The notes beneath the pieces were generated by a model. That model worked only from the letters and a program-made list of their open reading frames with translations. It made no database searches and was not told the origin of the DNA. From Euprymna scolopes (Eukaryota): a stretch of DNA of 64,000 nucleotides. This document shows positions 26,081 through 39,345 of the stretch, piece after piece; within the stretch, counting starts at the first letter, position 1, and each line of letters opens with the position of its first letter. The translations under genes and the position numbers were made by a program. The stretch is from NCBI GenBank assembly GCA_053919585.1, contig CM132819.1. One strand, 5' to 3'.

Positions 26081-26211
26081 TATGGTGCCAGGGGTGTACG
26101 AAATTGATGTTGAAATTTTGAAAGTAAAATTATTTAAAACTTGATGCTGAATAAAATCAAACCAATCTCAGAACTTGTATTAAGTTATATTGTCAGTTCA
26201 GATTTGTATAC

Positions 26212-26274
<63 letters not shown>

Positions 26275-26429
26275 AATGTATCTGAAGTGGGTAAGTATAT
26301 ATATCTATTGAAACTTTGTGAAACTATTATGCATAAATTAAAACAGTGATAAGGATGCGCTTAATATTATGAACAGTCAACTTATATCTTGGAAAAATAG
26401 AAAATGTATTTGTAAAAATAATTATGAGA

Positions 26430-27310
26430 AACTTCGTGGCTGGTGGTGCAATTGATAGAGGCATTGCATTTCTACGATTCAAGGTGGGCATTCTTTGAAG
26501 TTAGCGTTTTCAATCCTACCGAAGGCCGGCCAGAGGATTAGTGAGACGACAAAAACTATGGAAGGCAGTAATTACTGAGGATACAGTAAAAAGACCAGGT
26601 ATTTCCGTCCCGTCGCAATTAACAACTTGACGAAGGTAAGAGAAATAGTTGGCCAAAACGAAGACTAAGGATGCATCACACCTATTTTTTTAACGTGTAT
26701 CCAGAGAGAGTCTGGAAATTTTTACAGTATAGTATTTAGAGAAAATACTGAGGTTGAGACCTGGATATGTTATGAGTCTAATATTCACATCTTTTGTGAT
26801 TTGTATATTCACATCTTAAATGCTGTCCATTTTGTAAGTTGCCCAATAAACGTAGCGAATCTGCTTTGATGGATTAGCATGCCATTTATTAAATATATCC
26901 CATGGAGGGATTAGCAGAACGACTGCCATTTGTATGCTTCTTCTCTCGCTGCTTAATCGGAGCGATACAGATAAAATAAGTTCTTTAGATCTCTCCATGA
27001 GCTATTAGATACTTGGTTGATTATTTAATGCACAATAGGCAATTTGCTATGGAGAAGGAGAGACGATAGATGCAATGTCAGGTTAAGCCGATAGAAGAAC
27101 CCTAGGTGATGGTTTCGTGGGTTTTCTTTCGAAAGAGTAATGGCGACATTTAAGCTTGGTTTTGAGATGTTCATGTCAGCGATTTAACTGCGGCCTTCGG
27201 GACTGGATCTAAAAGAAGGGTTTGTTTGGGATAAGCTGACCGGTGAGAATTCGGATCAATAAAAGATGCGGTAATATGTGAGTGTAAATCCAGTTATTTT
27301 GCTGGGGTGT
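26430..27310 (-). mobile_element. Penelope-like element remnant: GIY-YIG trace plus oppositely oriented HHR-bearing terminal repeat
   Basis: Minus frame from 26904 reads HGIYLINGMLIHQSRFATFIGQLT (GIY...xIG spacing). ~26430-26660 is a diverged reverse complement of ~721-965 with a degenerate HHR (ttgacgaaggta...tggccaaaacg). Confidence 0.55.
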
Positions 27311-27383
27311 AATACGGTTGATAACTCACAAAAATAGAGAATATACGTTGATTGTTTGTTTTTCACAAATATTGTTGAATGAG

Positions 27384-27421
<38 letters not shown>

Positions 27422-27844
27422 GCACACAGTGCCTCTTTGTACGAGTGAATTCCTTATAGACTGCGAAACGACTAGACAGATTTTCTTTGAAATTTACAGA
27501 ACTTTAGTGTATAAGTCTGGGAATGATATTAGTTACGTTTTGTTTCAGAATATTCTCGATAATTATCGATAATCGATAATATAAACCGTTATTTTAATTT
27601 ATCGTTCATCGGTAAAGCGATATTTTCTATGTAATCATTTAGCAACAATGATAGAACAACGGGCCGTGAAAATTCTACTGTGGGTAAGTTGATAGCGTGT
27701 TTTTGTGTTTGTCTTTTTGTTTTGCATGACGTCGTGTGTAGGTTCAAACTCTACACGTAAATTTCCTAATTTTTTTTTTTTTCATTAACTGCAAGGAATT
27801 TTATAAGACTTGAAAATTTACGTGTTTGTTTTGTTGTTGCATGT

Positions 27845-28228
27845 ATCGTTATTTCCATGGCAGGTGCTCATCTGAACTCTAATCTCTGGTCACCCCTCGC
27901 CAATCTTTCACGAAAAACACCCGTCTAGCTGAATCCACTATGAAAAATTCCCCCAACTCTTTATCTGTGCCTAAATCAAAACATGGATTCCATGAACAAA
28001 GCTTCTTTCTTAGAATTGCACGCCTGTGGAACTCTGTTTCGTCAGCCTGCTTCCCACCTGACTACAACTTGGATGTCTTTAAGTCCAACGTTAACAAATT
28101 CCCAATGATCCGCCCTCTTAAGTAAACACTTCATTACATCTCCACACTAACGTACTGTACTTGCAATAACCCTTATCCCTGAGTGGCTTCCGGGCCTTGA
28201 TAAGTGGTGACCACCGTGTAAAAAAAAA
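27845..28228 (+). mobile_element. CR1-type LINE 3' fragment
   Basis: SFFLRIARLWNSV...YNLDVFKSNVN followed by the family 3' UTR and A-tail. Confidence 0.9.
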
Positions 28229-28231
28229 TGA

Positions 28232-28960
28232 AAAAGCTGGACGTAAAATTTGCTGAAACAGATCGCTATATGAACGAAGCGTTTGCCCCAAGATCTACTA
28301 CTGAACGCAAGACAATGGTGGTTTCAGAAATTTTATGGCGGCGATGAGAGTCGTGAAGATGATGCGAGTAGTGGTCGGTCACTGGATGTTTCAATTAAAA
28401 GACTTGTTTGAAGCCAATCCACGCACAACTGTTTTACAACTTGATTCTGGATTAGATATAACGTATACGACGATTTTTCAAACACTTAAGAGGAATTAGA
28501 AAGACAAAATACTTGATAAATTGGCGCCTCTCATATTGAACCACGACCAAAACAAACGCCGTTGTGGAGTGTCATTTCTCTTCTTTTATGTAACAATAAC
28601 GACCCGTTTCTCGAGCAGGTTGTAACTTGCGATGAAATGTGGGTGCTTTACGACAAGCAGCGAGGCTCGACTCAGTAATTCGACGCCGATAAAGCCCCAG
28701 GACACTTCCTGAAGCTAGAGTTTTTCCAAAAGTTAGTCATGTTGAACGTTAAGTGGTTTGTGAGCGGTCCTATCCATTGCAGTGTCTTTTTAAAAGCAGA
28801 TGAAACCCTTAAGGCGGAGAAGTACTGCCAACAACCGGATGAAATGCATCAGAAACTTCGACAACAACACCCAGTATTAGTCAACAGAGAAAGCTGAATT
28901 CTCCACGACAATGCCAGACCGCACGCTGCTAAACCGACCATGAAGAAGTTGAAAGTCTAC
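28232..28960 (+). mobile_element. Degenerate mariner (DD34D-type) transposase fragment
   Basis: WFQKF, DPFLEQVVTCDEMWVLYD and LHDNARPH motifs with frameshifts. Confidence 0.85.
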
Positions 28961-29814
28961 GCAGATTAAAAAAAAGCTTCACAGGTATATACTTTATATG
29001 ACTAGGAGTATTCATACAAAGATTTCGTATTGGAATTCATCCGATAAGTATCGAACATCGATACTCTAACAAATTCGATTAAATCAGGAAGTCCATTTTT
29101 TGATCCAAGTTAACACTTTTATACAACCTAACATCACAAATGCAGTTAAGGAGCTTTATCATTGAACGAGCAGAAAAGCTAACAATATATAGAGAGAAGA
29201 AGGGTAGAAAAAAGATAGATAAATAGACAGATGGATGGAAAGATATATGATGAAGAGATATATGTTTTTTATATAAATAACCGTTTCTCCCTGCAGTTAA
29301 TTGTCACTTCACATTTGACAAATGATTATTTTTATAGAATACGTAAAATCATGTAAAATTAGAGATTTTATTATGTTCCATTGTTTTAGCAAAACAACAC
29401 ATTCTCAAGGAAATATGATTTCAATTTTCGAGTAGGATTTTGCGCAATTTACACGTGCGTGTACAATGCCACATCATTTGCTGCAAGCGCACACTTTGAA
29501 TAGACGTTGTCTGCAAAAGCCTGCAGACACACACGAAGACAGCAGCTAGAATAACATAATATAATTAATAAAAATAAAATTAATGTAAATGTATTATGAA
29601 ATTATATAGAACAATTGCTTTTTTTTAATGTAAAAATGAATACATACGTACGTATATCTATACGTACATACCTCTACTATCATAGAACAAAAGAACTTTA
29701 TACACGTGTATCTGTGTGTATGTCTATGTATTTGTGCGTGAGTTTGTTCTCCATGGACTCGAAAACTTCTGAGCTGATTTTAATGGAAGTTCACAAGAAA
29801 TTAACAAAACTCTG

Positions 29815-30140
29815 CCGTCTCAATGCCAGCTTAAATCTCTCTTTTCGCTGCCACTGCCGGCCACACGCCCATCTCACCTGATCGGAGTTTTTCTTTCTGC
29901 TCTACTTCACGCCGGCCCTGGCCAGCCATTTCTTTTACTTTTGACTTTATATGTTTATCTTTTGCGGTGTGAACTTGGTTTTCTTCGACCACGTAGTGGC
30001 CTTTTCTTCTTTTTCTCGTTGCACAAACTAATTTGCATATGCGCTGTTATTAGGCTAATGCTGCTGATATCTTCACAAACCAGCTATGTTACAGCTCCTG
30101 CTGATGTATTTCCACGCACTCATACGCGCTCTGTTTCAGA
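29815..30140 (-). repeat. Unclassified dispersed repeat; inverted copy at ~35255-35560
   Basis: ctaatttgcatat...gctgctgatatctt...acgcgctctgtt is the reverse complement of aacagagcgcgt...atatgcaaattag. Confidence 0.65.
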
Positions 30141-30254
30141 TGAGCCTATTAGCAATAATTAACCTCTCTTTGTAGGTAGAGGTGTTACAAAAATTAGGCT
30201 TCCTAAAATGAAATTAACATAGATGTCCGTCATTTATTTTCCTTTTCTCACTGC

Positions 30255-30620
30255 AAAATTCTATGATGTTCTACAAAACAAATAAACCAAACTCTATGAA
30301 AAAAAATATAAAGCTATAAAGAACTTGAAACATGAAAATGTTTTAAAAAATGACAAGATTTGCTATTATCTTGATACTGACGAACGACTTCGTTTTGGTC
30401 ATCCATAATAATTTATATGCCGTAAAAAACAACCAAACCCGAATTTCTAGGTAGACCCTAACTGTATTCATAAACAAATAAAACTTATACTCAGTGGAAT
30501 AAATTGCCATTATTTACAATTTAAACGAAGTAATTAACATCGACAGATAACAATTCCAGGGTTATTGTGTCAGCTTGATGATGCGAAAACACTATGTTTA
30601 GATCTGGACCGAGATTAAAT
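30255..30620 (+). pseudogene. Copine-like C2 pseudogene fragment
   Basis: CYYLDTDERLRFG at 30361-30399 (cf. DYYFEVVQKLKFG); L*RT*NMK upstream (cf. GRTEVIK). Confidence 0.5.
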
Positions 30621-30633
30621 ACTTAATTTGTGA

Positions 30634-30689
<56 letters not shown>

Positions 30690-30691
<2 letters not shown>

Positions 30692-31112
30692 TAGCATTTC
30701 AGCCCGGCGTTGCCTGGGTGCTTGGAGGTGTATGTTGACCCCCCAAAAAAGCGGTAAATTTTTAAAAATTTGACCCCGATTATGACCCCTTAACATTTAT
30801 TGTTTTGGGCTGAAATCAAGTAATTAGGTTAGATCCATGTCAATGGAATCTATATTTAAATTTCAAGTGTTTAGACCCAAACTTGCTGGAAGAGTTTGGT
30901 AGAGTTCTAATAGGTCAAATCGTCGAACTTTGACCCTTTACCAGCCAAGTTTCTGTCCGAAAACGGATTACAAAGATTTCCCCCAATTCTCAGTAGCATG
31001 TATATCAAATTTCGAGTCTGTAGATTCAAAATTGACAGAGATATAGCGTAGGAAAATGTAAAATGTACACAGACACACACACAGACACGTTCACTTTTAT
31101 AGATATATAGAT
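30690..31112 (-). mobile_element. Non-autonomous Helitron
   Basis: ctag...cccggcgttgcctggg at the left end; ttttatagatatatagat at the right end. Confidence 0.75.
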
Positions 31113-31649
31113 TGATATACATATACGTGTGCGTGTGTTTGTTTTCTCGTGTATGTGAATACGTGTCTACATATGTTTGTTTATATTTTCCAGTAACACT
31201 GTGCAACACTTGAAAAAGTACACGCTATCTCTTACTATTTTCATATGCACAATGAGATAAAAAAAAAATCTATCCTGGCCTTCTTTTTGTCGAAATAGGT
31301 GCAGATTTTGCAAAAAAATTCTAGTAGTGTAGGTGATGAAGATTGCGAGAGAATCCATTATTGTATTTCAGTGATGGTGAAGGGTTTTAAAGAAAAATGG
31401 AACCCTGGCATGTTGACAGACTCCTGCTGAAATATAAAAATGTAAGGACGACGCTCAACACAAGAGAGCCAAGCGGAAAAGAGGTCTTTAACCTGACAAT
31501 TTCGTGTTTTTCATTCATAACTAATAATAATAAAATATGAGCGTAGAAAATAGAAACGGTGCCTAATCAAGAGAGACAAAGGCCTGATTTAATATCAGAA
31601 AAAAAATTTTTCACACCGAAAAAGTTTTATGGCGTGTACTTTTTTTACA

Positions 31650-34305
31650 AGGGGATATCACCACTTATCAAGGCCCGGAAGCCACTCGAGGATAAGGGTT
31701 ATTGCGTGCACAATAATCAATGGGATAATATCGAAGTAAAAGTTGGTATTGCAGATTTGATAAACTGTCTTACTTAAGGGGTTGATTAATCAGGAATTTT
31801 TTTATGTTGGGCTTAAAGACATCCATGTTGTAGTCAGGTGGGAAACACGCAAACGGAAGGAAATTTCACATGCGTGCACTTCTCAGAAAGAAGCTTTGTT
31901 CATGGAATCTACGTTTTGATTTAGGCACAGATAAAGAGTGGGGAAAATTACTGACAGTGGTTAAGCTAGACGGGTGTTTATCGTGAAGGCTTGGAAAGGG
32001 GAGCAGAGATAGGAACTCGGACGAGCACTTGCATGGAAATAACGATAAAACAAAGACAGGCTCGCAACGTCTCTTCTGTGGGAGAGAGGTTGCAAGGAGG
32101 ATAAAAGGGCATCCCCCACTAAGCCACGAAGTCTTTGTACTTTGTCAAGGCAGGATAGGATGTTTTTAGTAGCTCCAGCCAAAATGTGGCAGCAGTACTC
32201 AATCTTTGGACGCACTTGGATTTTATACAGATAGAGAATTGCATCAGTAGTGAGATATCTTCTTGATCGATAGAAGCATTCCACTATTTCCTCAGTGGCC
32301 CGCGCAACAGACTTGATATACGTGTTCCATTTCAGATCAGGAGTAAATGTCAAACCCAGGTTTGTCAAATTGTCAAAACATGAAGCCTCCCCAAGATGAG
32401 AGCCATTCATTTCAATTGATGCTAGATGAGGATCAGAGCGTTGATGATGTAGAGATAGGAGCTTCGTTTTGATGCATTAAAAGTAACCAGCCACCTCTTC
32501 CCCCACCGTACCACGCGCTCAAGTCAGAGGAGAGAGAATCAGAGGGAGCTTTGTCATTTACGGCCTTTGATGTGTTGCCATAGATGATCGTGTTATCATC
32601 ATAGATATCAACGAATGATTTAAGTATGTGTTTTGGGAGATCATTGATGCAGATCAGGAAGAGAGTTGGGCCCAGGATGGACCCCTGGATTACTCCAGCA
32701 TTAATACTCTGATTGCTGCCCATCAACCACTACTCTTATGAGCCTTTCAGAGTGCAATGGTTTAATTATTGAGAAAACGTTTCCAGTTATACCGTAGCTG
32801 AAAATATTGTGAAGTAGGCCCTTATGACATACCTTATAGAAGACCTTTGATATGTCAAGAACAATTGCCCTGGAAAGGAAGCACTTGTCGAGAGATTAAC
32901 TAATCCTATTGGATATAACTGTTAGCTAGCACGTCTGCTGTAGATCTAACAGAACGTAAACCATATTGCATGCCACTAAGGAGTTTATTTCTGCTGAGGT
33001 GTTTGACTACTTCTTTATTTAATATGGATTCTAGTAACTTACTCATGACACACAAGAGACATTGGTTTATACTGAGAGGGAGATGACATCACCTCAGTTC
33101 TTAAATACAGCGCATACTGACGAGGTTTTCCAGGGTGTTGGAAAGCACTTCTTAAGGCAATGCTTAAACAGTTTTGTAATTGGAATGCCGTCAGGGCCAG
33201 TTGCTATACTGGAATCAAGGTTCTGTATTAGTTTGGCGAGCTCACGCACAGATATTTGTATATTGAATTGTGGGTTGTCTATTGTAGGAGGAAATACGGG
33301 GAGGTGATGACCTTCGTCACAGCGGGTTGAGTTAGCTGCAAAGTTCTTGGCAAATAGTTTGGCCTTGTCTGATGCTGATGAGGTGACCTCCGGTCCATTG
33401 ATGATGGTTGGGATAGAACGCACGCTTCTGTTCAGGATTCTGTTTGCTATTTGCCAAAACTGGTGGGAACCAAGCCGCTGCTCAGCTACTTTGGATTTGA
33501 TGGACTGATCATATTGCATTTTTATTACTCTTTTACAGTGGTTGCTGGCAATCCTGAAAGCAGCTTTAATCTCAGTACATCTATTACGTTGGTAGCTATG
33601 GAAAAAATGATTTCTGTGCGCAATGGCAGCAGCACATTCTGGGAAGAACCACGGCTGGCTGTTGGGTGTTATTGGAATTTTTTAGATGGTATGAATCGGT
33701 CTACGCCTACAATTAACCATTATAGAGGACACATTCTTTTTAAACATGGAATGCAGCGGTAGATCAGATATGAATGTACGGAAGCTATCCCAGTCAGCCG
33801 TAGAGTATCGACATACAGTACGGTGGAGAGGTACATCTGAAGAATTATTGTATTTTGTTTTTATCTTAACTGATACGACAGAGTGGTCGGAGGAACCCAG
33901 GGGAGATAGAACGGAACATGAACATAGCTCAGGGGAAGTTGTGAGAAAAAGGTATAGAAGACTTGCATACTGACCGGTAGTATCGGGCACACAGGTGGGT
34001 TCGTGAACAATCTGAGTGAGGCCATAGGCAATGGCAAAATCATGACAGAAGCTCTCCTCATCATCTGTCTTATTTGAGTGGTTCAGCCATTCCACATTAT
34101 GGACATTGAAGTCACCGCAAATGTGAATGTTAGCCAAAGGATGAGCAGACAGGATGAGGTCAATTTTCTCAGGTATACTCTTAGAGAGTAACCCCGCTGT
34201 TGTGAGGGGGGTAGAGAGCAAATATAAATGCGGTGGTGTTAGCAAGTGCAACCCAGAAGCACATATAAGGTAATTTAGGGTATTCTCTGGATATGTCTCT
34301 ACCAC
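31650..34305 (-). mobile_element. Near full-length degenerate CR1-type LINE ORF2 (APE endonuclease plus reverse transcriptase)
   Basis: ICGDFNVH...LGSSDH (APE), ATGPDGIP, GVIQGSILGPTLFLICIND, degenerate YADD (IYDD), C-terminal domain, 3' UTR; many frameshifts. Confidence 0.95.
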
Positions 34306-34739
34306 ACGGAAAGCGATTCTATGTCCATGGCGATCTTGGGGTCAGATTTAGATGTTAGATGTTACTTTCTCCCCACCTTATAATTTGATGCACACTGTTA
34401 CAGAACAGTAAACAACCTTAGAAGAGCATATCAAGGATGACTTTTATATGCTTCCAAATAAGTTAACATCGATCAGAAACGAATACGGATTAACTGAACA
34501 TACAAAACATTTATCCCATTGCTCAACAATCATGTTGTAGTAAACTGGGAAGACGGCCATTAAACTTACGACAGCTCACGGAATTTTCGTTTACTTTTAA
34601 ATACACTTTAAGAAGACATGGGAACTATCTATAGCGGTTGTTCAAATCAGAGATGCGCCACTGTTACACTCATGCTCTCTACCGATAAAAAAATGACAGC
34701 AGAATCATTGCCAGCACCTTCAAAATGCAAACCCGGAGG

Positions 34740-35215
34740 GTTATACGCTAAAGGGCACAAATCACCGCATCGGACGACTCACGGTTATGGCCTTTGGTGT
34801 GGTTTCAAGTGAGAGCTGCATCATACAACCTCGTGTCTTCTTAGTCGGCTTGAAATTTACACCAAATTCTACCTGGATGTGCTGAAGAGTGTCATGATGC
34901 ACTGGGACAATCAGATGACCCCTGGGAGACCCTGGGTGTTTTAACAGAACTCGAGGCCGAATCACAAGTTCAAACATAGGAGTGTTACGATGTTGTACCC
35001 TTCTCTCACTGCCCCCCACATACGTCGAGAACGTCACCAACATGACCTCTCACAACACCAAAGCCTTCGTCGAGTACTCCCGGAGCCCTCGGCTCGTGAG
35101 AAAAACGCATGCTCCTAGTTCTGGACTCGTATCGTGACAGTGATTGAAGCAGAAGGCGGCTACATTGAAATATGTCAGCTCTACTACATAATCAACTTAC
35201 CTGAATTGATTTTTT
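34740..35215 (+). mobile_element. Tc1/mariner (maT/DD37D-like) transposase remnant
   Basis: VMAFGVVSSE...YLDVLKSV..W and C-terminal FWTRIVTVIEAEGGYIE. Confidence 0.7.
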
Positions 35216-36530
35216 CGGGAGAGACTACGAAGATTAAGTAGTCGATCCTACTTTAACAGAGCGCGTGTGAGCCAGTGAAATGATATCAGCAGCGGCTGTG
35301 GGGTTGATTTGTTTGCGAAGATATGAGCAGCAGTAGCCGAAAAAGCACATATGCAAATTAGAACGTGTGTGTGGGCTTGCGTGAGAAAAGAAAAAGAACA
35401 AAGGACAGCATGTGGTCGGAGAGGAGCAAAGTTCACACTGGAGAAGAAAGGCGTGTAAAGCCGACGGCGAGAAACGGCTGGTTAATGCCAGCGTGAGGTC
35501 GGGGGGAAAGGAACACGTGCAGGATGAGATGGACGTGTGGTTCTGCAGTAGCGGCGAGAGTATTTTAACATGGCAGATGAAATGAACAGTTAGAAAAAAA
35601 AGCAGCAGGTATTGCTTGGAAAGTAATGGTACAGAATGCTTATTGTAAAAACTAAAAGAAAAGCCGAGTCGGATATATTTATTTTTGTTTGGTTGTTCAT
35701 TTTCGACGCTACCAGACAGTGTAGGAGTCAAAGAGAGGTATGAAATGTGACCGACATGGTTCGAGCGTGACTGGCAGGTAACACTATCCCTACAGGCACC
35801 TAAATCTACCTGTCTGGTGTCAGTGAGAACAGGAATAAGAATAAGAATGGCATAGCCCTTCCAAAGAAAAACACCCCGATTCAGTTTGTACGGCGTTTTA
35901 AAGGTGAACTCGGAAAACGAGAGTCGGTTCTGTATCGGGGCAGGGCTGATTGGTGGATAGGATAAATTTTTCTGGTTTTAGGTCGACAGTGCCGGGCCGG
36001 GTAATTTCGTTATCACAAGGGAAAAGGGCGGCTCCTTCACAGTAATAACATTCGCTGATTCGTTCTCAATTGCTTCCGGTACGTTCCGCAATTTGTTGTT
36101 CATTTAAGCGTTCATTCCATTTACACTTCATTCGAATTCGGTTTTCGTCGGTTAAATGAGATGAATTACCATTAACCCTCGCGTTGACTCCATTAGAGAA
36201 AATGATCTTGCATCTTTCCTTATCTACCGCCAACTCCTCTTCTCCTTCCGCAGCCTCTCCCTCTCCTATCTCTCTTTCTCTCACATACACACTCTCTCTC
36301 TCTGTCAATTATTCATTCCTTCACTCTTTCTCTCTCTTAACGTACGTCTCACGAATATGTGTCGAATACTTACCTACATACACGCGCATATATATACATT
36401 TAATGTATCTATCTATCTATATATATATATATTATATATATATATATATATTATATATATATATATATATATAATATTTTTATTTTAAAAAGTTTAGATG
36501 AGCTAAGCAATCGGTACCACCAGTTTAAAA

Positions 36531-36641
36531 CTGATATAAGACAAACGTTTTAGGTCCTAATGTCAAGCTCTTTTCAACCGATAAGATAGATCCGGTGAAG
36601 AGAGATAGATATTGGGACCTAAAACGTTTGTCTGAAATCAG
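36531..36641. repeat. ~110-bp imperfect hairpin
   Basis: agacaaacgttttaggtcctaatgtc pairs with gatattgggacctaaaacgtttgtct. Confidence 0.75.
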
Positions 36642-36934
36642 GTTTGACAAACTTCGTAAGAAATAAATATACAATTTTCGCTCTTTTTTTTGAAAAAATA
36701 CATTAAATAGAACATTTTAGTGGAATTCTTATAATAGAACANNNNNNNNNNNNNNNNNNNNNNNNNNNNNNNNNNNNNNNNNNNNNNNNNNNNNNNNNNN
36801 NNNNNNNNNNNNNNNNNNNNNNNNNNNNNNNNNNNNNNNNNNNNNNNNNNNNNNNNNNNNNNNNNNNNNNNNNNNNNNNNNNNNNNNNNNNNNNNNNNNN
36901 NNNNNNNNNNNNNNGTTAAACTCACTACTCGTTC

Positions 36935-37072
36935 AAGCAGCCGCCAATAGTGTAATGGTTAGGAGCCTTGACTGCCGTACAAAACAGTTGGGTTTCAATC
37001 GTGGCTTGAGGTAGTTGCCTGTCTAGCCGCACTGATGAGCTGTGAAACAGCGAAACAGTACTGTATGTGGAT

Positions 37073-37076
<4 letters not shown>
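36935..37076 (+). mobile_element. tRNA-derived segment followed by an intact hammerhead (SINE/retrozyme family)
   Basis: A-box tagtgtaatggttag, anticodon-like ctgccgt, B-box-like gggtttcaatc, then HHR, then (TA)n. Confidence 0.8.
37027..37070 (+). ncRNA. Type I hammerhead ribozyme, intact core
   Basis: ccgca-CTGATGA-gctg-tgaaa-cagc-GAAA-cagtactg-TA-tgtgg. GUA site (cleavage after 37065); stem I extends via gtc/gac across an internal loop. Confidence 0.88.
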
Positions 37077-37133
<57 letters not shown>

Positions 37134-37207
37134 TTCTAGCATTTATGGTTATGTTTCAGTATTTATATTATATATATAATATATTATATATATATATATA
37201 TTATATA

Positions 37208-37249
<42 letters not shown>

Positions 37250-37313
37250 TAAATACATTAAATAGAACATTTTAGTGGAATTCTTATAATCGAATACTCT
37301 GATATAATTCGTT

Positions 37314-37355
<42 letters not shown>

Positions 37356-37387
37356 TAAGAATTCTAGCAGTTATGGTTATGTTTCAG

Positions 37388-37439
<52 letters not shown>

Positions 37440-37519
37440 AATTCTAGCAGTTATGGTTATGTTTCAATATAAAATATTAATACACGATTGCTTTCATTCA
37501 ATAATATTTTTAAAGTGTT

Positions 37520-38089
37520 AGATGCAGGTTAGAAATCAATAATAATGATCATATTATTACTATTATAATGGCTACTATTTTACTAAGAGTAAATCTAAAT
37601 ATTAATTTACTTGTCCGTATGTACAATATCACAAAACAACACATCGCAGACATTAATTAGAAACGAATTACCTCCCTTTATAATCACGCTTTATCAGTTA
37701 AAATCATTTCCTCTCCAAAAATTATTCAAAACAAAACTGTCTGTCTGTTTATGGTGTAAAATTGGGTATTTTATTTTACAATTTTTGCAAAAGTCATCTT
37801 AAGGGAGGACGCTGTCATTTTTTGTTGTTGTTTTATTATGATAGTTTTTATTTTAGAATTGACATCTTCATGATTTTTATAAATTTTTTAAAGAAAATAA
37901 AAAAAAAAATTGTGTTGTCTGCTGAATTTCTATTTAAAAACTCTAAATTTTTAAAATCAATTCCTTTTGGTTTTGAAAGGTTAAAAAAGAAATTACTAAA
38001 AATTGTTTTAGATTCATCGTTATTACTTTATTTTATATAATGTGCTTTAAAAATTTTCAATTACCGTGGAAATCCCAATTGTTCTGCTT

Positions 38090-38130
<41 letters not shown>

Positions 38131-39345
38131 TTGAAATATTAAGGAAAACCCCTTGAATGCGGAGACTAATATACATGAGCCACACGCACGGGCTAGACAA
38201 ACTGATACAGAGATAAAACATGAAAAAACGTTACATAGAGCCAAGAACATTGAAGCTGCGTTCTATAAGTTCTCTATCCTCCCACCCATCCCCTTTCCTT
38301 GCCCCATTACCCCCCCCCCCCCAAAAAAAAAAACTGATGTCAAATAGTCGAAAAGTGTCAAAGAGGATGGAAAGGCTGAGGAGAGGGCGCTGACCGGACA
38401 TCCGCTTGACAAGTGTTTAGAGATCTTGCATCTTGAGGAAGCTTATTGCCACCAAAATTACAATGGAAACTAATAGGCGCTGCCAGTGAGATAGCAATGG
38501 TAAGCGGCTGTTGCGATAACGCAAATTCATTTGCAAATGTTATCGGAATAGCCACATTTTTAGGGGGTGTCTGTTATTTAGAGGTAGTGTTTAAAGAATG
38601 TAATACTTTTATGCTATAAGTAATGGCCTTTGTTGTACGCGCAAGCGTCCCTGTTTTTGCTTAATATTCGGTAGGATACTTATTTGTGGAAAATTTAAAT
38701 GCGATATTCGTTTTCAACACACCTGAAAATCTATTGCAAAAAAAATGTTAAAGGGAGCTTTTGTGTTGGTCTAACTGGCCGCAATAAACACCATCCTTAA
38801 AAAAAATAACAGAAAATGTGGCGATTAAATGGGTGCTCATTTTACGGGAAATTAATATAGAATAGTGATCCCTCACTTTTTTAAAGTATAATTTTTTTAT
38901 ATCTTGGCGAGTAATTGTTTCCTGGAATTTTAAATGTTATTTTCGTTTTTAGCACGCTCGAAAACCTAAACAAGTAGTAATTTTAAATGACTTTTGGAGT
39001 GTGTATGCTTATTAGTTCTTGTTTATTTCAGTGTTATGTGCACAGTAGTTAAGGATTCAAGCTATTAAACAAACAAAAGCCAGACACACATACATAGTCT
39101 TCTGTTATATATAGAGAATTGAGGTTGTCGGTTTCGAATAAAAAAGATAAATGGATTGAATAACAAGATGAACACATAATCAGTTTTGTGCAATAAAAAT
39201 ATTGTGTTCAATAAACTGAAAAATATCTCTCCAGGAAAAATAAAAATAGCTGATATTAAAATCCGTCCATGTAAAGATAACGACGAGAAAGTGTTATTAA
39301 AAAGTGATGGACGTCCATCTAAAGACGAGTGGTTATTTCTTTTTT
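37520..39345 (+). pseudogene. Inverted copine-like copy
   Basis: ~37590-38040 is a diverged reverse complement of ~10200-10665. ORF 39186 KIRPCKDNDEKVLLKSDGRPSKDEWLF resembles [24 protein letters not shown]. Confidence 0.5.
38131..38545 (+). mobile_element. R4/Dong-like LINE 3' region fragment after (TAA)n
   Basis: Homologous to ~45310-45700; directly follows (AAT)n at ~38091-38130. Confidence 0.6.

Noticed and set aside
36940-37012. Functional tRNA-Gly gene
   Set aside because: Acceptor and T stems do not pair properly and it is fused to an HHR repeat; treated as a SINE/retrozyme head.
36697-37470. Short duplications around (TA)n and a gap
   Set aside because: Could be assembly artefacts at microsatellites next to an N-gap.
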